From Peribolospora baueri (lineage: Eukaryota), in NCBI GenBank assembly GCA_029717555.1, contig JAMDHS010000061.1:1-64000 (forward strand): a DNA stretch of 64,000 nucleotides. Direction: 5' to 3'. Positions 38,430 through 50,346 of this stretch are shown here, in pieces. Made by a program: the position numbers and the translations under genes. Numbering within the stretch: position 1 is the stretch's first letter; every line of letters starts with the position of its first letter. The notes under the pieces were generated by a model that searched no databases, had not been told where the DNA came from, and saw nothing but the letters and a program-made list of their open reading frames with translations.

Positions 38430-39416
38430 GGTCGGTTGAGCTGGGGTGGAGGTCTGGCGAGTGCGAGCGGAGGGGGAGAAGGAATGGGGGGCGAGAGAGG
38501 GAGGAGGCCGAGCGACGTCGCCGATCGCACTCCGAACCTGGGCGTCCGTGGCAGGAGCAGCGGCCCGGCGGGTCATAGCCGGCGGTGATGAATGTGGCGG
38601 CTACACGCGACCATCGAGGAACGGCGGCACGCTAGTCGGAAGAAGATGTTCGTACCTGTTCCTCATCGGCCACCCAGCTTTGGGAACCGGGTGCAGGCGG
38701 ACACCCAGGCAGACTGATAGTCGCTGTTAGGGCACGGAGAGGGCGATATCAGCACTCCCAGCGAAGCCAACCGCGTCGATCAACAACGCAATGGAGCGCT
38801 TGTGGACTCCATCTCCGCACGTTCTCATACCTCGTCCTCCTCGCCTCGCCGGAAAACTCGCTTATTTGCCGCCCGTGCGCGCTCGCATTAGGTCCTCATC
38901 GCCATCGCCAGCAATCTCTTTTCCGAGCCTCTTCGGCCCGTCGTCATTCAGCCGCGCCGTCCTCACCGGCCTACGTCTCCGTATCGCTGGCCAGAATTCA
39001 GGTTCAGAGACGTCCGACTTCCGCCCTGCAAGGCGGCTCTAACTTGCTCGGACTTTCGGTGCCGGAGGAATGTACGACGGAACGAACGAACGTGCGTTAA
39101 GAGACTGGCCGCCGGTCCGTCGGTGCTGAACCGCACTCACGTTCGGCAGCCGGCAAACACGTACACATTCGCGCCGCTACTCGGCTCCGCGGATGGGGGG
39201 ATGAAGCCCACCTGATCGGTCAAGGCGCTGCTGGCATTGGCATCAAGTCTCCCCGGGGAGCCCCGACGACGCTGCGTCTCTGTGATTATTTCTCGCCCTC
39301 CGCCCTCCCTCCCCCCTGGCCTTCCATTCCCCCCTCCCACGGCGTTCTCCCCATCTTTCCTCGTCTGCCCCAGCAGACCTCGAGCCTGCTCGCAGGCCGA
39401 CGAATACGCTGACGAC

Positions 39417-41742
39417 ATGGGTATGAACGCCGCGCCCCACGCTCATTTTGCCCCATCAGCGGTCGTCGACCGCTTCAGACGCGTGAGAGCCGAGCCCTTG
39501 CCTCAGCCGGCTCTTGTCCTGGACCACGTCTATCTGTCGCTCTTGTATTCCGCCGTCTTCCTTTGCTATTGCGTCTGGACCTATGCGCGCTTTGCTCGCC
39601 GTCAGCCAAAGACCGTCCGCAAGAACGCCGCCGCGGCAGGCAACCAGAAGGTCGCGCGCAAACTCGTCTCGGCTTTGGCCAAGGTATCCAGCTACGAAGC
39701 ACCTGGCGTTAATCTTTTGTTTTCGGCCACGACACGGGAACCGTTCATCGAGGCGGTCAAGGCGCATTGTACCACCCTCGCCAGAGGCTTCAAGCCCACG
39801 AGTTGGTTGACCAAGTGAGGAAGAGCACATATATGATCGCGACTCCCGGCTTCGCCTGGCATATCTTTCCGCCCGTGCTTTCGAAATACAGTGGCCATCT
39901 GCAAACCATCTTCGTGGGATTCTTTTCGGGAGCCTTTCACGGGCGCAACGTTTCGTACAGGAGGTGAGCTTCACGATACGCAGACAGGTCGTGTCTGCGT
40001 CTGGTCGTGTCCTCTGACCTTTCCTGGTGTTTTGCCTCTCCTTTGCATGCAAAGGAAAATCCTCCTTCTTCCCGATGGAGGCAACATCTCCCTTGACTTC
40101 TCTCCGCCGAATCTCGCGCCTCGGCCTATCCCGCTGCGACGGAAAACGTCGTCCAGAAACTTGGCCGCCGCTGCTTCCTTGGCAGGTGACACGGTTCCGG
40201 AAGAGGAAGAGACCGTTCCGACGGTGGTCATTTTCCACGGCATGGTCGGGGGCTCACACGAAGGCTACATCAGGTCCTTCGTGCGACATGTGACTCAAGA
40301 GTTTCTCGACGGCGATGATCCGAGCGGTTACCCGCCGTTCCGGACTGTCGTCGTCCATTCAAGAGGATGTGAGTACGAGTGGCGCGACGAAGCGTCGGCA
40401 CTCCTCCCGGTCCCGGGAGCACAGGGCTAACTTGCTCTTGACATGGTCCTCATTTTTCTCTCCGTTCAAGGCGGCTACACCAACCTTACGTCCCCTCATT
40501 TCGCCGCTGTGGAGACGGACGATACCCGATGCGCGCTGGCCTACCTTCGAAAGGCGCTCCCCAAATCTCCTCTGGTCGGCATTGTCTTTTCGCTCGGTGC
40601 TAACCTGCTCGCGAAATATATGGGAGAAGAAGGCACGGGCTGCTTGCTGGACGCCGGAGTCGTCATCGGGAACATGTGGGACCTCGTAAGCATCTGTGGT
40701 GTCCATCGATGACTCGCCCTGCTAGCTTGCCATTCTCGGATGTGACGTGCGTGATGTGATGAGCGCTTACATGTGCATATCTTTCTTGATTTCCAGGACA
40801 AAGGTGTGGACCTACTTGAAAACGGGCCTTTGACGTCGAGATTGTATGGCTTCGTCATGGGCCTCCCCCTTCGGTGAGTAGGACGCAATATAAACTGCGC
40901 GCGATCTGTCAGTCGCTGACGTCCCACTCCTCCCTCACGACACCAGGCAGTGGTTGCTCTCCTCGACCCATCTCATCCTCGATTCTTCCCCGGTCAAGCA
41001 TTGCCTCTCGTCCGTGCCGCCACATCTACTCACAATTCACGGCTTCCATTCCTACACCTCCTATGTTCACGCCAGTCGACCACATTCTACGCCGTTCAAT
41101 GAAGAAGGGTTTCCCCGCGCCTCCCCGCGTGACTTTTACGTCAGGGGGAGCAGCGTCAGGAAACTCAAGGGGTGCAGGAAGCCGATGTTGATCGTCCAGG
41201 CCGACGACGACCCCGTCGTGCCCGAGGACTGTCTGCTGGGCTTGAGAAAGACACTGGCCGACGCCCACTCGAGCCCGCCAAATGTCTGTTTGGTCGAGAC
41301 GAGGGGCGGAGGACATCTCGGCTTCGCCCAAGGACCGGCGGCCCGACCCTGGGTCAACATAGTGGCTCGGGAATTCTTGACGAGCGTCCTCCTTGATGGA
41401 CCTGCCGTCGATCAGGGGCTGCCCTTGTTGACGCCGCCGCCGTCGCGTCGTCGCCGTCACTGCTGCGAGGTCAACTGCCCCAGGCAGTTCCTAGAGCCCC
41501 TGCTGACGCCGCCACCTTCGCCATCGCCGTCGTCGTCGCCGTCGCGGCTTCGAAATCGACCGTCCAGGGGTTCCCTTCGCGGTTTCCGCTCATTCCCGGT
41601 GTTGACAGACGTCGTGCGACACGCGTCTCCTAAGTCAGACGACTCGAGTTCGGAAGGGAGACCGCTGGCATCGTATCTGCTCCAGCCACCTGCTCCGTTG
41701 TCCCTGAATTACGCATGCATGCACGCGACATTGAAGTGTTGA
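39417..41742 (+). CDS. Alpha/beta hydrolase, Eht1/Eeb1/ABHD1-3 (YheT) family acyltransferase-esterase
   Basis: FKPTSWL..GHLQT, LLPDGGNISLD, HGMVGGSHEGYIR, SRGC, FSLGANLLAKYMGEEG, ADDDPVV, TRGGGHLGF. The Ser-Asp-His triad residues are present, and there is an N-terminal hydrophobic segment. Confidence 0.9.
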
Positions 41743-43338
41743 ACATGGAGCAAGAAGAAGCTGTGTCTGAGAGGTTGGCGAGGAATGAACACTGCCAGAC
41801 GCGGACGCGCTCACGCCCCGGTTGGTTGGACCCTAGTCCGACCACTGAGCACCATCTCTCGCTGACAGACCATCATGGGCCGAGGCGCTCTCGGAGGCTG
41901 AGTGAGGGATGAGAAGGCCCACATATCCAGTAGGACAACTCGACTTGGTGCGTATCGCTGATATGAGCCTGCCCTTACTCACGTCGGTCCGGGCGGCTCT
42001 CAAGACGAAGCAAGGATGCCAGTAACTCCTCAGAGACTCACGGAAAGGCAGCACAAGGCGTTGAAAGGGAAGCGAGGGCGTCCCATGGGGCCAAGGAAGA
42101 AACCGGACTTGAGCTACCCGTCCTGATATGCACAGGAACAAAGCGCTCCGCGAGTGCTCTTCTTGCCCAAAATGGACTGTCCGACGGACGTGTATTGAGC
42201 AGGCTGCTATCAAGGTCTAAGACAGGTACGGCAACTGTGTCCGGCCGCGTCCGTGTGGGCGGGCGAGGTAGGACGATAAATTAGCTGACGAACGAACGAC
42301 AGCGGGCTGGCTGTCGTACAGATAAGCGCGCTCTGATGGAGAGGGGTCCTTATCCGCCACGAGGAATGGACGAGCAAGGAGGCAGATGGATGACAGCCTA
42401 TGAGAGCGATAGAAAGAAACGTCCAACGACGTGGAAAGACGGAGAGTCCGTGTCGAGGGGGTCAAGGGCGTGCCTAAGCTCTGTTCCTTCCCACAGGCAC
42501 GTTAGAATGTAGGTCGAGGACCTTTGGCGAGGCGAGGGAGGAATACGACAGCGCTCAGCAGACGGCGTTCTCCCCAAAACCCCGAAAGCCCCACAGGAAT
42601 GCACAAACCGCCGGCTGCGCGCCTCCGTCGCAGGCTACATTCGCCACTGAATGGGCATCGTCGTATATTCCTGCGCCTGGCGGTAACGGATATGCTCAGC
42701 CGACCGATGCGGCACATGTCAGTCGCATGGCACCGAGCGACGGGCCCTATCACGACGAGCCGAGACGTCGTGTGCAGAGTTAACATTACATACGGCGTGT
42801 GCCGTGCTATCGACCGAGTGAGTGAGTGCGAGTGCATGACGTACATCCCCAAAGAATATTGTATTATTATTGCACCTTGAAAGGATTAGGATCAAGTACA
42901 CGTCAGCGGTCGCATCGACCCGCTTCGTCACGTGATACATGAAACCGCATTACAAGTCTTTTGAAATAGCCGGTTTGGGCTGGCGGCGAGGAACAAAGGG
43001 CAGAGGGCAGCCCGCCATGCCCGCCTCCCGCCGGCTCTCGTCTTCCCACTCGCCACCGCCAAAGGCGATCATCTCTCGCTCGCCCACTCATCGTCGCCAT
43101 CCTCCCGCCATCCATCATTATCATCCACCACCATCCATTCACGCCTTCAATATCATCCCCACCTCCCCCTCCTTGCTCTCCTCCCGCTTTCGCCACCTCC
43201 CCCGCCCCTCCCACCCTCCATCCACCGCCCGCCGTTTCTCTCCCCTCACCTTCATCCCCCCAGCCTCTCACCGTCCCGACCAGGTTCCTTGAACCGTCTC
43301 ACCACGTCAGCACTCGCCTACCCCCCCCTTCTCCACCG

Positions 43339-44748
43339 ATGTTGCAGAACCCACATAGACACTTCAGCCCCGCCTCGACACCCAACAACGCCCGAAGGCT
43401 AAGAAAGCCGATGACGTGCAGAGCCGCTCACGATCTCGAGCGACGGCCCGTCGACGACAAGAAGGGCGCCCCGCGCTCAGTCAACCCCGGCGCCAAGGGC
43501 GGTGAGGGCGGTCGTCGGAAGCGCATCAGCAGCGCCCCCAGGCTTCCCCCCGCGACCCATGCCAAGTCCGATAAGGATGTCCCCGCAAAGGTCGTCGACA
43601 AGGGGGATTCGAACAGTGTCGACAGGCCCATGTCGATCAAGGTCGACAAGGTCACGTCGGCCAAGCCCGACAGGGCAACGTCGAGCCCCGGACCCGCCGC
43701 ATCTTTGTCTCCCTCTCTCCTCTCCAGGACGGCTCCATCGGCGGGTCGCTCTGCTCGCGGAAAGCGCAACAGTGGGGCCCTCAAGTCGGACAGGGCCGCG
43801 TCCAGTCCCGGCCCACAACCTTTGACTTGGCAGCAAGAGCTGCTGGGCTCGCAGCCCAGCCGTCACTCGTCATCTCCGAGAGACGAGCTCACCTTTGGTC
43901 CCTTGGCCACCGCTCCTTTGCCCCGCACCCCTACGCCAGGTCGCGCTGGTGGGCGCCGGCGCGCGGGGAGCGTTGGCAGCCACACCCAGAGCAGCCGCGG
44001 GAACGGCTCCATTTTCTCCATGGACGACGTCCCAAACTCGTCGTCATCTCCAGTCCACAGCCAACCCCGCCCTCGTCACGGAGGGCATGGCTCCGTCTTC
44101 GCTATGGACGATGTGTTCAACTCGCCCTTGTCGTCCACTCACTCCACTCAGCCTCGCACTCGCAAGGGCGGACACAGCTCCATCTCTACGATGGACGATG
44201 TTTTCAACTCATCTTCCTCTCCCACTCGTCCCCACGCCCACCCCCACTCTCGCCGCGGCGGCTCCCGGACCCCGCCTCCCTTCACCGACCAACAATCAGA
44301 CCGATTCACTGGCGCTAGGTCCGCCCCTGACGAGGGGGGGGCTGGTCCGCTCAGCGCAGCCGCCTTGGCCTCCAAGGCGTATGCGGGCCCCGGCTTCCAG
44401 AACTCGCCTCCACCAGCGAGCCTGCCCATCCCGCGTTTCGTCAAAGCCGCTCCGCGCACTCGAGAGAGCACGGCGTCGGCAAGTGCCAGTGGCACCAGCG
44501 GTGATGAGGATGATGAGCTCTGTGGTCGCCGTCAGCGTGAGGTCTCTCCTCTCGCCCTCGGGCCGACGAGGAACGAGCGCACTGTCTCCGGCGGCCTCGG
44601 CGCTTCGAACGGCCGTCCTAAGAGCGTTACCATCGAGAGTCTACTCGAGAAGCTCGGTGTCAGCACCGGCGCCAGTCTTGGCGACGCATCTCCGCATAAA
44701 GCGCTAACTGCCACTCGCGGCAGCCAGGTCGACAAGGTGTCCGCGTGA
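43339..44748 (+). CDS. Disordered protein with a PNRC/Edc1-type motif (putative mRNA decapping activator)
   Basis: Intronless 469-aa S/P/R-rich ORF containing YAGPGFQNSPPPASLPIPRF, which fits YAGxxF..SP.P..LP.P. Confidence 0.75.
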   Translation: MLQNPHRHFSPASTPNNARRLRKPMTCRAAHDLERRPVDDKKGAPRSVNPGAKGGEGGRRKRISSAPRLPPATHAKSDKDVPAKVVDKGDSNSVDRPMSIKVDKVTSAKPDRATSSPGPAASLSPSLLSRTAPSAGRSARGKRNSGALKSDRAASSPGPQPLTWQQELLGSQPSRHSSSPRDELTFGPLATAPLPRTPTPGRAGGRRRAGSVGSHTQSSRGNGSIFSMDDVPNSSSSPVHSQPRPRHGGHGSVFAMDDVFNSPLSSTHSTQPRTRKGGHSSISTMDDVFNSSSSPTRPHAHPHSRRGGSRTPPPFTDQQSDRFTGARSAPDEGGAGPLSAAALASKAYAGPGFQNSPPPASLPIPRFVKAAPRTRESTASASASGTSGDEDDELCGRRQREVSPLALGPTRNERTVSGGLGASNGRPKSVTIESLLEKLGVSTGASLGDASPHKALTATRGSQVDKVSA

Positions 44749-47683
44749 CTTTAATGGGCGATGCGGTACGCGGCCGCGTACATACATGCGCCTATCCTTC
44801 TCTGAGTCCCGACCTGCTATCGCCCCTTCCGGCATTTTTTGCACGCTCTTTATCGGACTCAACTCGAACGACACCACACTCCCTTCATCTAACGCTCCCG
44901 CATCCACACCCCCGCGTCACCGACTCTTAACCACGTGGGCCCGGGCCGCTTCCAGTCGCCGATCCCCGTCGCTTTTCTTGTTCGGGCCAGTCTGCATCGC
45001 TCGCTCTTCAGCATACCATCTCGTCTTCTCCCCACGTTGGCTCGACGACGCTTTTGCGCTGAGACGCGCGCGTTTGCGGGCGGTCCGGCATTTTTTCGGC
45101 TTGGGCTTTCCGACTTGCGCATTCCGACTCTTGGGCCATACGACTCTCGTCTGTACATCACCAGTCCAGCATTTCCGCCTCTTCTCAGCTTCGTTGTTTT
45201 CGCCTTTTCCCTTTCGCCTTGTCGCATGTGGTCGCATCGAGTCGGTCCTCTCTTTCTCTCTCTCTCTCCCCTATCCCAATCCTATCGGCACCGGTACCCG
45301 CAATACCCCCGAAACGGTCTGCTCTCGCCCTGCAACCCACCACTACGTCTATCGACTCCCCTCCTTTCCTCCCGCGACGCAGTCCCTTTCGAGGTCAGAC
45401 GAGACCTTCCGAGTGGGCGGGAGTCTTGGAGACCTAGAGGCGCGCGAGTCTTGCGGGCGTGCTTCGTCGACAGACGGCGTCCACCCTAGCTCGTCCCGCG
45501 CCTTCTCCCTCTCTTCTGGCGCCCTGTCCTCTCTGTGTTTGTAGTCTTGCTGTAACAGTATCCACCCCTGCCCTCTTTCATCCCCCCATATCACCCCCCT
45601 CTCAACCCCCCCCCCCCCTCAACCCTTGCTTTTGTGTCGTCGCCGGTTGCATCGGCGGATGATCCCTCCACCACTCCCGTCTATTATGAGCTAGCCGATA
45701 CATCTATCCCGCTCATCCCAGCCTACCTCAAGACTTCCAGCACCCGTGTTATCCACCCACGCCCGGTGTTCCCTTCCCGAGCCATCCTTACTTCCATTAC
45801 TTCCGCTCCCCCTCCTTTTTCCACTTCTCCCATCGCCTCCCGCCACCCCTACTGATCGACCTCCAGCCCGTCCTCCTCACTCCCCACTCTGTCTATCCTC
45901 CTGTTAGCGTCTGTCAACGGCCCCTATCCTATTCGCTATCTTCCCCTCTCATCCTCTCGTCCCGTCTTCTGATCCCCGTTCCACTTTTCTCGATCCCCTC
46001 CTCTCCCGGTCACCCTCCTCCGCCTCCCCTTCACCTCGTCCCTTCCTCCGTCCTCCTCCCACCTTGTCCGCCTTCCATCCCGTCTCCCGATCCCCATATC
46101 TGTCCTCTCTCCCTCCTCCATCTATGCCACACTCGTTTAGAAATAAAGGCGAAGTGATTTGCCATCATGTCCGGCTGTGTGTGTGTGTGTGTCCTGTCCG
46201 TCCTACGACCCGCATGAGAGAGAGGTAGAGCGATTTGTGTTGAGGGATGGTTTCTGTGGGGATGATGGATGGGACGGTTGGTATTTGCTGCGACGGGTGG
46301 GATCGGCTGGTCCGAACCGAACCGGGAACGTGATGGGCATGAAGACGTTTGTTCCCATGCATGCAGTGCGAGCCCCCTCAGCACGAGCCAAAGCCAACGA
46401 GCTGGCTTATCAGGGCAGCAGGAGCGGAACAAGATCACTCGTCGCTGTCGCGTCTCTCCGCTGCCCCGTCCCGTTGTCCCATCATCCAGCTCGAGCCGAG
46501 CCCTTTCGTGGACAATGTCTGGTGACAAGCTTCGATGCTGTCGCAACCAACTTGGGCCCTCCTCCTCCGGTCAACCCAAGCGCGGGGCTGACGAACAAAG
46601 CCCGGCCGGCCAGCTAAGAAGCTTAGCTTTGGTGGCCCCCGCCCGCCCGCCGGCCGGCTCAGGGGTCTCGTGGAAGGAAGTAAAATCGGGAATGGTCTAA
46701 GCAAGCCAGCGAGCGAGTACGAGTACGAGTACAGGACGATTACGATTGCGATTGCGATTGCGATTGCGGTTGCGAATCTCGGACCGTAGTGCACCGCTCG
46801 TCGTCCCTTCTTCTCCTCTGCCCGACTATGCACAAGATATTTTTCCCCTCGCCCCCCGCCCGCCCACATCCTTGTCGGCTTGTGCAGCCCTCGACGAGCG
46901 GACGCTGCAGAGTCGACTAGCTAACTAATCCACTAGTCGTCGACGGCGGCCAACAAGAAAGATAGGCGTCTATGCACGCACTCCTATCTATGTATGCGCC
47001 GCTCGCCAAGCCAGCGCTCTACACCGACAAGCCGATGTTCGTTGCACTCGACTGCACTCGACTCGACTCGAAGCCACTGACTCTCCCCTCCTCTCCGCCT
47101 CCAGCTCGTCTCTTTCCCTCATCCTTTCATTCAGCCTTGACCTTGACCTTGCTTGGGCTCAGTGACCAAAGGTCAACCTTCCCCCGCCTAGCTCACCTCC
47201 CTACTCATCCTCTTTCCCCTCGCCCCCCGCAGAGCCGCCGTCGCCCACCTTGACGAACCCATAACGCCCATCTCCAAGCCCTCTCGTCCTTTCACGTTCC
47301 CGGGAGAGGTGAGTGAGTGAGCGACGAAGGAACGAGCGAGTCATGTACACAAAGTTGCATGTCGCCCGCCACGTAGTTAGGAGCTTCATTCGCCGCCCCC
47401 CCCCCCGCCCCCTATTTCCCAGCCCCCGCCCAGTTACCTCACAAGGTCACTGTAAATCACTGTAACCCCCGCCCATCGCTCACCACCCCATCGGACCCCC
47501 TCCGCAGCGCTGTTGTGAGTGAGTGCCACGTCGGCCTTCGCCTCGCCGACCTAGCTCTGACTCGGACTGCCCCTGAACTAACCGGTACCCTCCATGAACC
47601 ATGGGATTCATTAATTGACTCACCTCTCTCTCCCCCTTTTCGCAAACCTTCCTCTCTCTCTCTCTCTCTCTCTCTTCCCCGCC

Positions 47684-47690
47684 TATATAT
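47684..47690 (+). promoter_or_regulatory. Candidate TATA box of the aspartic protease gene
   Basis: TATATAT follows a (CT)n tract and lies about 45 nt upstream of the ATG at 47732. Confidence 0.4.
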
Positions 47691-47731
47691 GGTCCGCTGC
47701 CAACGCCTCTCTTCTCTCAGAGCCTCTCGCA

Positions 47732-49338
47732 ATGGCCCCCTTTGCCAAAATCCTCAAACGTCTCTCCCTCCCCCTACCTGGAGCTCCCAGGTCTTCTTCG
47801 TCTTCCGCCTACGTACCCTCCAAGCACCCCGAGAGCGAGCCCGATGTGGCCAGCACCGTCATACCCCTCAGGCTAAAGCAGGGAGTCAAGAGAGATGGAA
47901 AGGCGGCGGTGAGTGACGGTCGGCGGTTCGCTTCGGTCGCAAACTCGACCAAGAGTTGAACCGTGTCCTCGTCCTCGTTTGATCTGCCCTCGTCAGTACG
48001 CCCGTGCCGCCCTCCGTTGGGGCATCGAGCCCAGCTCCCATCTGACTGCAGTCTATGTTAAGAAGGGGCAGGGTCTGTACAGGAGGACCCCTCCTCACGG
48101 CGCCGCTGGCGTCGATGGCACCGGCGAGACCGAGGTGCCGGCCAACGATGTCCAGTGAGTGTCCCTCTAGGCCGGCGGCCGGCGGTCCATGATCTATTCC
48201 GTCGTCCGGATGATGTGTACCGACACGCATCGCCCTTGCACTCAAACCTTTGTCATCCATTCGCCCCCCCGCCCCGCTTGGCTGTCCGCAGGCAGGACCT
48301 GGAGTACACCATTACCGTCACCATCGGAACACCCGGCGTGACACTCAACCTGGATGCCGACACGGGCTCTTCGGACCTGTGGGTGTTCAGCTCGGAGCTG
48401 AGCAGCAACTTGACCAAGAAGCACAACGTGTACAACCCTTCCAAGTCGTCCAGCGCCAAGGCCGTCTCCGGCGCTTCGTGGAAGATCTCGTACGGCGACG
48501 GAAGCTCGGCGTCCGGGGACGTGTATAAAGACGTGGTCAAGATCGGCAACATCTCCATCCCCGACCAGGAGGTCGAGGCTGCCAAGAAGATCAGCCAGCA
48601 ATTCGAACAAGGCCAGGGCAGCGACGGACTGATCGGGTTGGCCTGGCCGACGATCAACACCGTCACGCCCACGCAGGCCAAGACGCCGATGGAAAACATG
48701 ATCGCCGAGGGTCTCATCGCTCAGCCCGTCTTCACCGTCAAGCTCGACGCGGGAGACTCGGACGGCTTCTACGCCTTTGGCAAGATCCCCAACGAGGTCG
48801 GCGACGTCACCTGTGAGTGATGGCTACGGCGCAGTCGTCTTGTCGTCTTGTCGAGCGCCGAACTCATCCGTTTAATCCTTCTCCTCCCGTATGCGCGAAT
48901 GCAGACCAAGCGGTGGACAACTCGCAAGGGTTCTGGATGTTCCCATCGCCGACGTACAAGGTGGGGAACACGTCGTATACTCTGGCCGCCGGCAACGCAG
49001 CGATCGCCGACACGGGCACCACGCTACTCCTCGTCTCGGACGAGGAGGTGCAGAACTACTACGCCGCGGTGCCCGGATCGAAGATGGACAACGCCCAGGG
49101 AGGCTACGTGTTCCCCTCGTCCGCCACGCCGCCCGACTTTACCGTCTCGGTGGGCGACGCGCAGTACACGATCCCCGGCAAGCTCGTCGCGTTTGCCGAC
49201 GCCGGCAGCGGTAACACCTTTGGCGGCCTGCAGAGCAGGGGCACCCTCCCGTTTTCCATCTTTGGCGATGTCTTCCTCAAGGCCGTGTACGCTGTCTTCG
49301 ACGAGGGCAACACACGCATCGGCTTCAGACAGCGCTGA
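47732..49338 (+). CDS. Pepsin-family (A1) aspartic protease, aspergillopepsin/endothiapepsin-like
   Basis: EYTITVTIGTPGVTLNLDADTGSSDLWV, WKISYGDGSSASG, DGLIGLAW, AIADTGTTLLL, SIFGDVFLKAVYAVFD. Both catalytic DTG motifs are present. Confidence 0.95.
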
Positions 49339-49560
49339 GCTGCTCGCGCTGTACTCGCACACAAGTCTTTTCTTTCTCTCTCTCTTGTTTCTCTCTCTCT
49401 TGGTCGGTTCCCCGGTCCATGTCCGCCCATACCCTAGTGTAGCTTGCTTGTCGCCTGTCGCTCCGTGAACGGACGCCTACCCACCTCTCTCCGACCCTGT
49501 GATTGGAGCCGAATCGAGTTGACTTTGTTCCCCGTCCTTCCGTCGACGCTGGTCGTTTGC

Positions 49561-49625
49561 GTGTGTTTGTTTGTTTGTTCGTTTGTTCGTTTCGTTCGTT
49601 TGTTCGTTCGTTCGTTTGTTCGTTC
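49561..49625. repeat. Compound (GTTT)n/(GTTC)n microsatellite
   Basis: gtttgtttgtttgttcgtttgttcgtttcgttcgtttgttcgttcgttcgtttgttcgttc. Confidence 0.85.
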
Positions 49626-50346
49626 ACCTTCATCGGGTGCGCTCAGACCGCGGCTTGGACTTGGTCTGAGCGAGCGGGTCGAGTCAACCACAGGAAGTCG
49701 GTCGTGTCCTTTTTGGCAAAGTCGCTCGTGTCCATCTTGGAAACTGCGGAACGGCACGAAGGTGCGCAGTGGAGTGCACTACAGTGCTCTGTGTGTTGCG
49801 CTGTCCCTGTCCTTGCCCCGGCCAAAGGATCCGGTCAGTTCGCACGCACCATAACGATCTGGGGCAGCTGGTGGAGTTGAGAATAGAAAATCCTCCGACT
49901 CGTCCGTCGTCTTGCCCGCTCCCCCAATTTCGAACGCCTCATGCGCTCCGTCCGCGCCCGTTGGTTGCCACCACCCTCGTGTCTCCTCCTCGTCCATTCT
50001 CTGCTCGCTCCGCTCCGCTCCTCCATCCATCCATCTTCCATCCAATCCTCGCACGAGCTGATCGGCTGGTGGCCAGCCCAAGCCCGCTTCGCCCGTCGTC
50101 ACGCCATCCCTCTCTCCAACCCGGTCGGTGATCGGCGGCGCATACACACACCGACCAACAAGCCCCGTCCGTCGTCGTCGTCCATCGAGACTCCCCTCGC
50201 CAGCCCAGCCTTCCTCGTCCCACCTCGCCCCCTCCTTCACTCTTTCCATTTCCGTCTTCACCACTACCACTTGACTCGCTTCCCTCTCTTGCTCTCGTCT
50301 CTTTCATCTCCCCTCCTTCCTTCTTTTATTCCTCCTTCCTTTCATC

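Noticed and set aside
44750..47700. Many ORFs and simple repeats, including (GAGTAC)n, (GATTGC)n, (GT)n and C-runs
   Set aside because: This is low-complexity pyrimidine-rich UTR or intergenic DNA with ordinary microsatellites and no coding signal.
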